A stretch of DNA of 29,610 nt from Fibrobacterota bacterium. Its GTDB lineage: Bacteria > Fibrobacterota > Fibrobacteria > UBA11236. The notes beneath the pieces are model-generated. The model was not told where the DNA came from, did no database searches, and was given only the letters and a program-made list of their open reading frames with translations. How positions within the stretch are numbered: position 1 is the stretch's first letter; each line of letters opens with the position of its first letter. The DNA lies in the NCBI GenBank assembly GCA_043753995.1, contig JAYUVP010000036.1:1-29610 (forward strand). Reading direction: 5' to 3'. A program made the translations under genes and the position numbers. Of this stretch, positions 7,502 through 14,163 are shown piece by piece.

Positions 7502-8512
7502 GTGAACAATCAAAAATCAAGACCCTCGCCTTTCATTTCTTTTTCCGCTCTCGGATGGATGACCGTGCTGACTGCCGGATATTTATCAGGTTGCTCAAAT
7601 CACCCGTCTCCTGCGCGGGATTCGGCAGGCAGGCCTGAGCAAAGCTTGAATTTCAATGATCATAGCGCCGTCCAGGATTCGGTACGTGTTCCTGATAAAG
7701 CCGATGCCTTGTTATTGGTCCACCCACTTTTAACTAATCAACCCGTAGGTTTTAGCCGAACCTTGGCCCAACTTTATGTGCGAATCCGATCGGCAGGTAT
7801 TGATTTACCCAGTGAATTGGCCGGCAAGCCTGAGGGCACCCCATTTCTGTCAGCAACCCTCACCTTTAAGGCCGCTCCGGGTTTCAAATTGCTGAAAATT
7901 TATGGAGTGCCATTAGTAGACAGTTCAAACGGCACCTATAAAGTGAAATGGGATACCTTGGGACTGGGGGATTGGAGAGTCGTGGTTGCTGAATTGGAGG
8001 GGAGTCTGCCACCCAGTGCAGGCAAGGAAAGGCTCATCGGCGCCACGCTTCGCACCACTAGGCATTCCGATGGAGCCATTTTCGAGTCCATTGAAGGTAT
8101 TGGGATGGAATGGCATCGTCAGGATTCTCCAGCCAAACTCAATGCATGGACGGCAAGAAATAGTCTAACCCTTACCAATCGTGAGGCATTGATTGCCGCG
8201 AAACAACTCGCTTCCAAAGGTGAAGCCAGTCAAGCCTTGGAATTGCTGCAATTGCAATCACTCACGACGAATGCCCTGATGGATCTTGACCCCAAGGGAA
8301 ACGCTTTAGAATTGCAGCGTCTTGCCCAAGCGCAAGCGAACTTGACTAGTGAACCCAAAAAGGACGAAGGGATTTCGCTCATGCCAACATCCGATTCCAT
8401 CACGGAAGAAATGATCCGGTCCCGCGCTTCCGAAGCCAGGAAATACGCAATGAAGGCCCCTGAAGGAGTTTGGTCGACCTTGGCTCAATCCTTGGTGGTC
8501 AGGGAAAAATAA
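7502..8512 (+). CDS. hypothetical lipoprotein resembling the C-terminal part of VWA-domain proteins
   Basis: 336-aa ORF with GGAG RBS and lipobox-like YLSG-C; beta-rich LTFKAAPGFKLLKIYG...LGLGDWRVVVAEL segment, then a helical tail. Confidence 0.7.
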   Translation: MNNQKSRPSPFISFSALGWMTVLTAGYLSGCSNHPSPARDSAGRPEQSLNFNDHSAVQDSVRVPDKADALLLVHPLLTNQPVGFSRTLAQLYVRIRSAGIDLPSELAGKPEGTPFLSATLTFKAAPGFKLLKIYGVPLVDSSNGTYKVKWDTLGLGDWRVVVAELEGSLPPSAGKERLIGATLRTTRHSDGAIFESIEGIGMEWHRQDSPAKLNAWTARNSLTLTNREALIAAKQLASKGEASQALELLQLQSLTTNALMDLDPKGNALELQRLAQAQANLTSEPKKDEGISLMPTSDSITEEMIRSRASEARKYAMKAPEGVWSTLAQSLVVREK

Positions 8513-10230
8513 GGGGTAGGTGACCCTAAGCCCGGGATTGTGCCAACTGTATCGCTCAGGGCTTTGAGGAAAACAATCAAATCTCGCTTTTCCTCGGGAG
8601 TTAGCCGCAAGGAATCCGAGGAAAGGGTTTGGTTGGGTACGCTTAAACCTAGGCCGGCGCCCCCGCCGACATCATAAAAATCGATGACTTCCTCCAAGGT
8701 TTTGAAGGCGCCATTATGCATATAGGGCGCGGTAAATTCCACATTGCGCACGGTCGGCGTTTTGAAGGCCCGGTGACCGGCGGGATCCCTATTCACCGCC
8801 ATTCGTCCAGAATCGGAATCAAGGATCTTGGAATTCGGGCCAAGCGTGACGCCAAGAACCTCGGTTTCTGTGACATGGTATAAAGGTGGAACCGAGCCGT
8901 TGAAAAGCGGTGGGAAATGACAGGTGGCGCATTGCGCCTTGCCGGCGAAAAGGGAGTATCCGCGGATGGCCTCTGGGGTCATGGCCGAGGAATCGCCCCG
9001 GAGATAGCGATCCCAGGGAGAATTCATCGGGGATAAGGAACGAATATAGGCGGCGAGGGCGCGGCGGATTTTAATCGGGCTCGGCAATCCATCGCTTTCC
9101 AATGAATCGTTCTCTCCTAAGAATGCCCGTCGGAATTGTTCGAGATATTCTGGATTTTGCTGCATGCGCCTTGCTGCGGAGTCAAGCGAGCCACCCATTT
9201 CTTTGGGATTGTGTATGACCATGGCGGCTTGTTCTTCCAAGGACGAAGCGCGGGCATCCCAGAACTGGGTGTTTTGCAGACCCGAGAAGAGCAAGGTGGG
9301 CGTATGCCGGGGAAGGTCGCCATCACCACTCAGCGAAACTTCCTTGGATATGCCATCACTGAAGCCCATTTCCGGTCGATGACAACTGGCGCAGGAACGT
9401 TCGCCATGCTTGGATAGGACCGAATCGAAAAAAAGTTCACGACCCAAATTCACTAGGTCTATGGATGTTTTGGTGGTTTTACCAGCGGCAAAATGATTGG
9501 GATTCCAGGCCGATGAAGAAAAAAGGTCGGAGTCATTTGGGGAAAAAGCCAGATCTTCCGAGTTCCCAGGGGAAGGAACCGAAGAAAGGGATCGAAATTT
9601 AAGTAAGACGCCATAGAGGGGCCTCAGTCTATCCCGTGCAAAGGCAAGGCGATCGAAACTATCGAATTCGGTGGATTCTAAATCGGCTAGCCCAGCGTCC
9701 ATCGTCTTTTTCCACAGAGTTACCACGGGTTTCCTTGGATCGGAATTTCCCAAAGAGGTTTCCGAAAAAATCCACTGGTTTAAATACTCGTTCAAACCCT
9801 GCAAGGCCGACCGTATTTCTACCAAGGGTTGTTGCGCGCCAGGGGAATCAAAGCCACTCAAGCCTAAGGTGAAAATGCGCAACAATTCCATTCTCGCCGC
9901 TTCAATCACCGCGGAATCGGTCCAAACCGGAGCTTTCGAACCACTAGCAGCCCGAGTTAAATTCGCAAGCATTACCAGCATAGAATCTGGATTTTCCACC
10001 TCGGGCATTTCCTCGACCAAGCTGGGGAAAGCCGCCTGCCACAGAAATTCCATGCGCTTGTATTCTAAGCGAGCGGCAGAAATATCGGTTTGAAGCGCTA
10101 AAGCTTTAACACCCGAGTTCCAGTCCCTAACCCTTGCACCCAAGGAGAAGGTATCCGATTTTTCTCCGCAGCCGAAAACCAGAAGTACGCCAAGTAGTAA
10201 GGCGAAGCGCTTTGAAAATGGAAATCGCAT
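8485..10230 (-). CDS. di-heme cytochrome c peroxidase/MauG superfamily lipoprotein with N-terminal helical domain
   Basis: Two CXXCH motifs (CASCH, CATCH), LGRELFFD, QFWDARA, NPKEMG, FKTPTVRNV and TAPYMHNG; lipobox VFG-C. Confidence 0.92.
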   Translation of the reverse strand: MRFPFSKRFALLLGVLLVFGCGEKSDTFSLGARVRDWNSGVKALALQTDISAARLEYKRMEFLWQAAFPSLVEEMPEVENPDSMLVMLANLTRAASGSKAPVWTDSAVIEAARMELLRIFTLGLSGFDSPGAQQPLVEIRSALQGLNEYLNQWIFSETSLGNSDPRKPVVTLWKKTMDAGLADLESTEFDSFDRLAFARDRLRPLYGVLLKFRSLSSVPSPGNSEDLAFSPNDSDLFSSSAWNPNHFAAGKTTKTSIDLVNLGRELFFDSVLSKHGERSCASCHRPEMGFSDGISKEVSLSGDGDLPRHTPTLLFSGLQNTQFWDARASSLEEQAAMVIHNPKEMGGSLDSAARRMQQNPEYLEQFRRAFLGENDSLESDGLPSPIKIRRALAAYIRSLSPMNSPWDRYLRGDSSAMTPEAIRGYSLFAGKAQCATCHFPPLFNGSVPPLYHVTETEVLGVTLGPNSKILDSDSGRMAVNRDPAGHRAFKTPTVRNVEFTAPYMHNGAFKTLEEVIDFYDVGGGAGLGLSVPNQTLSSDSLRLTPEEKRDLIVFLKALSDTVGTIPGLGSPTPYFSLTTKD

Positions 10231-10261
10231 TTCAGCTTTTCTCCGGAACTGGGACTGTCAT

Positions 10262-10293
10262 AAAAAAGCCACCGAGCCTAAACTCGGTGGCTT
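10262..10293 (-). terminator. intrinsic terminator downstream of the PhoX-like gene
   Basis: Perfect stem AAGCCACCGAG / CTCGGTGGCTT with a 6-nt loop, followed on the minus strand by a U-run, about 20 nt after the stop. Confidence 0.85.
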
Positions 10294-10314
10294 GGATCTA
10301 TTAGCGGTTGAAGA

Positions 10315-11778
10315 TTAGCGAGGAGCTTTCATGAACAGCATTTGTCCGCGCTGCACCAATTCAGCATCGGGAGTGCTGCTATGCGCCTGGTCGCAGAGGA
10401 GGAAGTAGCGGTTGGCTGCGGTATCATAACCCGCAACGCCGGTGAACATGTCGGTCACTTCGAAAATGCCCGAAGCTTCTTCGTCATTGTTATGGGGAGC
10501 GGTAGCCGGAATGCCGATATCACCGAAGCGCGCGGCATCATGGCCAGCAACCAAGGTCAGCACGTCGGAGGTGGGATCATAGCTCCAGATTTTGCCATTG
10601 TGAGCATTGCCGCCCACATCTTCTTGAATCAGGACCTTGCCTGAACCGTCCACCGTGATATTGTCGAACATCTGGCCAGCCTCGGTTCCGTCGAGAAGGG
10701 CTTCGACCGTTCCACCTAGCAAGGGATTTTCAACATTGTCGAAAGTCAAGCGCCAGAGGCGGGTGCGGCCGACTTGAGTGCCGGTGCTGTTCTTGACTTG
10801 ATCAAAACGGTCGGTGGTGACGAAATAGAAACGGTTGGGATTCTGGGTGTCCCAAGCACCGTCTTCAGGACGGAGAAATTGGGTTCCTGCGGCATCGGTG
10901 GTCGACACCAAGGAGAAGCGGGTTCCTACAGAAGGCGTGCCGGTGCGCAATTCGGTAGGTACGCCATCGATGGCGATGACTCTTACCATACCGCCTGCTA
11001 AACCCGAGGAATTCGCATCGCCAGTGATTTTCTTGGCGCCGCCATAGACATAAACCTTGCCGAGATTGGTGTCGTCGGTACCTATGACTATGGTATTGTC
11101 CTGTGCCTTGGGGCTGGCCACAATGTTTTCCCAGCTGGCATTACCGATGCCAGGGAACTCGAAGGACTGGCCTTCAAAAGGGCCAGAGGCGAAATGAACG
11201 AAGGCGCGGCCGGTGGGGCCGTTTTCTTCGCCATTCATGAAAACATGACCGCCGGCAAAGCCTTTGTCGGTATTCACATTATAAAGGGCGGAGACGGGAG
11301 CTAAATCGCCGGAGCAGAAGCGACCGAAAGAGACGGTGCTTTGCGACCAGGTATTGGTGGCCGAATTGTAAAGATGAGCCTTTTTGATCAAATCTTCGCC
11401 GCGCAATACCTTCAAATCAGATTTGCGAACGCGCCATTTCGATACGAAGGCACCCGTCGCGCCATGAGCGCGGGCAATGCCCTGGCTCGAGCTCAACTCG
11501 TGATTCATGAGAACGGTGATGGTGCCGTCGCCATTGTCGAAGGCGCCCATGCCGTCGGGAATGCCCACCATGCGGTAAAGCGTGTCCGTAGCCGAGGTCG
11601 AATTCATTTTGCGAACGCCGTCACCGACGGTGATGAGGGAAGTGAATTCGACGCCTGCAGCGACAGGGACGAGATAGGGGGTTTCGGAGCTGCTGGGGCC
11701 CGTGGCGGCATTGCCGCAAATGGCCATCATCAAGCCAATTGGCAGGCCGTACAAGGATTTTTTCAGGGTGCTCATCAT
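10315..11778 (-). CDS. PhoX/DUF839-like secreted alkaline phosphatase
   Basis: GIPDGMGA, VLMNHE, GRFCSG, NGEE, WEN, LRPEDG, FDNITVD and IQED correspond to the PhoX-family metal-ligand motifs; Sec-type signal peptide; AAAGGA RBS. Confidence 0.8.
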   Translation of the reverse strand: MMSTLKKSLYGLPIGLMMAICGNAATGPSSSETPYLVPVAAGVEFTSLITVGDGVRKMNSTSATDTLYRMVGIPDGMGAFDNGDGTITVLMNHELSSSQGIARAHGATGAFVSKWRVRKSDLKVLRGEDLIKKAHLYNSATNTWSQSTVSFGRFCSGDLAPVSALYNVNTDKGFAGGHVFMNGEENGPTGRAFVHFASGPFEGQSFEFPGIGNASWENIVASPKAQDNTIVIGTDDTNLGKVYVYGGAKKITGDANSSGLAGGMVRVIAIDGVPTELRTGTPSVGTRFSLVSTTDAAGTQFLRPEDGAWDTQNPNRFYFVTTDRFDQVKNSTGTQVGRTRLWRLTFDNVENPLLGGTVEALLDGTEAGQMFDNITVDGSGKVLIQEDVGGNAHNGKIWSYDPTSDVLTLVAGHDAARFGDIGIPATAPHNNDEEASGIFEVTDMFTGVAGYDTAANRYFLLCDQAHSSTPDAELVQRGQMLFMKAPR

Positions 11779-11833
11779 AGTGGGGTGTCCTTTTTAAAGG
11801 GTCGGAGAAGACGAGTTTCTTGTCCTAGGGTTT

Positions 11834-11851
11834 ATGACAAGAAAAGCACAG
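11834..11851 (-). promoter_or_regulatory. possible degenerate Pho box
   Basis: Minus strand CTGTGCT-TTTC-TTGTCAT(AAA): 7-4-7 arrangement resembling CTGTCAT-N4-CTGTCAY, 56-73 nt upstream of a PhoX-like gene. Confidence 0.35.
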
Positions 11852-12202
11852 GTGGCTTCGTCGGTAGTGAAATTAGGGTTAGCAGGTTTCAAACAAATGT
11901 TCGCGAGCACAAAAACATGTTGTTCTGGTGTTTCAATCGATCGAATGCGTAAGCCAGTCGGTCTGGTTTGGCCTAGAACCCGGGCGGCGAAAGGATGAGG
12001 ATCGCCCATGGTCTTATGTCCGTTCATCGCGAATGCTTAGATGTCCCCGAGAAGGAATGCCGGGATTCCACGGAAAAAGGTTTATCCACATTTCATCCTA
12101 TAGCCCATTTTTGACTCATTTGCCTGGTCGATATTCGCACCCTGGCGAGATATCCAAAGTCGCGGTATAATAGGGTCTGGTAATGCATTCACTTGGAAAT
12201 GA

Positions 12203-13978
12203 ATGCAAGGAGGAACCCTGCGCATTGGAGTTTCTATTCCATTGCAATTCTGTTTCGTGGCAGGGCTAACCCTGGCCTCCTACCCAGGATTTTCCGCAAC
12301 CTTTCCTTCTTTCTTGACTGCCAAGGGACGACAAGTCGTGGAGTCCGACGGTAAGCCCATCAACTTACAGGGCGTTTGCTTTGGCAACGAGGTTTGGTCG
12401 GATACGCGTGTTCCATCGCGACATCATGCCGAGATCGATTATGCGCGCGTGCGTGCCATGGGCATGAATGTGGTGCGCTTTTATCTGAATTACAAGACCT
12501 TGGAAGCGGATGCCAATCCGTATCGCTACCTGTCCGACGGATGGGCATGGCTGGACAGCAATGCCGTTTGGGCACGACGCCAAGGCGTGTACTTAATCTT
12601 CAACATGCATGTGCCCCAGGGCGGTTACCAGTCCATGGGCGAGGGCGGCGCCTTATGGGACATTCCCCGCAACCAATGGCGCTTGGCAACCCTTTGGAAA
12701 GCCATCGCCGCGCGCTACCGAGATAACCCTGCCATCGCCGGCTACGACCTTCTCAATGAGCCATGGCCTACTCAGTCGTCCGAGCAATGGAAAGCCTTGG
12801 CCCAGCAAATCGTGGACAGCATACGCACGGTGGATCGCCGCCATCTCGTGATCGTGGAACGCACCTTCAATGTCGGCATGGATGGATCCGAGGACGCCGA
12901 CCGAAATTTCTTCCTCGTCCGCGACTCCAATGCGGTGTACACCTTCCACTTCTATGGTCCTTTGGAATTCACCCACCAGCAGGCAAGTTGGACCGAGAAG
13001 TATCCAGATCCGGCGCGTTATCCGGATACGTCGATTTTCCAATACGATACCTGGCCGGAATGGGAGACGGGCAGTTTTGCCAATCCAACTCTGGCTTCGG
13101 GAACCTCGAATTGGACCTATTTCCAAGGTGTTCCATTGTTGGCAGATTCCTCCAAATATGTCCTGGCCAAGGCCGTTGCGGTCAGCGGCCGCAATGTGGG
13201 CTCGGCTTGGTATGATGAACTTGTCCTTCGCGAAATCGATCCTAGCGGAAAGCAATTGCGGTCCATCCCCTTGGGTATGGATTCCCTAAAGGGTTGGGAA
13301 TTCTGGAGCAAGGACGGTCGGGGCTCCCTGTCCCGAGTCACGGGCGGATGCCATGGGGGCATGGGCTGTTTGCGCATAGACAGTGCCTCCGAGGATGCCC
13401 AGGCTATCGGGAATGGATATCGCATTCAAATTAAGCGCGGTCACCGTTACGCTATTGACGGATGGATGAAGGGCCAGAACGTGCCCATGGGTGCCGAATG
13501 TCGACTACGTGTGGATTTTGAATCCGTTCCTGGCGGTCTTTTCCGGCGCAACAAGGCCTTCATGTCGGCGCAAATCGACTCGTATTTGAACTTTGGGGTG
13601 ACGCATTCCGTGCCCATGTATCTCGGTGAATTCGGGACAATCGACAAATCTTTCCGGGACGGACGCGGTGGGATTGGCTGGGTGAAAGACATGCTCGATT
13701 TGGCTTCCGAGCGCGGGCTCTCCTTCACCTATCATGATTATCATCAAGACGCCTTTGGAATTTTTCCGGGATCGGAAATCATCGATACCGCGGATGGCAA
13801 TCGGGAGCTCATCGCCTTGTTCAGGAGCAAGCTGGGTAGGCCCACGGCTTTGCAAAAGCCGGAGACCAAGGCATCGGCAAGGATCGTAACTCGCATGATA
13901 CCTATGGTATCGCCGGCATTTTCCCAAGACGGCGGACCCGCCCATGGAGCTGACGGACGGCTTCGGGAAACGCCGTGA
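12203..13978 (+). CDS. secreted glycoside hydrolase family 5 (cellulase-like) with inserted CBM-like module and C-terminal tail
   Basis: MGMNVVRF, NMHVPQG, YDLLNEP (acid/base), HFYGPLEFTHQ and YLGEFG (nucleophile); N-terminal signal peptide. Confidence 0.92.
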   Translation: MQGGTLRIGVSIPLQFCFVAGLTLASYPGFSATFPSFLTAKGRQVVESDGKPINLQGVCFGNEVWSDTRVPSRHHAEIDYARVRAMGMNVVRFYLNYKTLEADANPYRYLSDGWAWLDSNAVWARRQGVYLIFNMHVPQGGYQSMGEGGALWDIPRNQWRLATLWKAIAARYRDNPAIAGYDLLNEPWPTQSSEQWKALAQQIVDSIRTVDRRHLVIVERTFNVGMDGSEDADRNFFLVRDSNAVYTFHFYGPLEFTHQQASWTEKYPDPARYPDTSIFQYDTWPEWETGSFANPTLASGTSNWTYFQGVPLLADSSKYVLAKAVAVSGRNVGSAWYDELVLREIDPSGKQLRSIPLGMDSLKGWEFWSKDGRGSLSRVTGGCHGGMGCLRIDSASEDAQAIGNGYRIQIKRGHRYAIDGWMKGQNVPMGAECRLRVDFESVPGGLFRRNKAFMSAQIDSYLNFGVTHSVPMYLGEFGTIDKSFRDGRGGIGWVKDMLDLASERGLSFTYHDYHQDAFGIFPGSEIIDTADGNRELIALFRSKLGRPTALQKPETKASARIVTRMIPMVSPAFSQDGGPAHGADGRLRETP

Positions 13979-14049
13979 TTTTTTATGCCCCGTCACTCAC
14001 TCACTGAACCAAAGCTTGGTATCGATTCCCTCGATATCATTGACGACAG

Positions 14050-14139
14050 TCCCACCACCTCCCGATGGGTACCCTACACGATGCAAGGGCGGCTGCGGAT
14101 TTCATACTCAGGAAATCCGCAGCTAGATGGATGGTGGGA
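14050..14139. repeat. nested inverted repeats (multi-stem element) between convergent genes
   Basis: Perfect 12-bp stem GCTGCGGATTTC (14092-14103) / GAAATCCGCAGC (14112-14123), enclosed by TCCCACCA (14050-14057) / TGGTGGGA (14132-14139). Confidence 0.75.
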
Positions 14140-14163
14140 TGAACTAAACCTGCCATCAGGCCG

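Noticed and set aside
10255..10265. Perfect Pho half-site CTGTCATAAAA
   Set aside because: Wrong strand for the adjacent genes, no partner repeat at 11 bp, and the A-run belongs to the terminator.
11794..12170. Short ORFs (77 and 80 aa) in the phosphatase/GH5 divergent region
   Set aside because: No motifs, mutually overlapping, and the region is better explained as promoter DNA; a small gene cannot be fully excluded.
14050..14139. Hammerhead ribozyme or tRNA interpretation of the three-stem element
   Set aside because: No CUGANGA/GAAA core at the junctions, and no T-loop GTTCRA or cloverleaf geometry.
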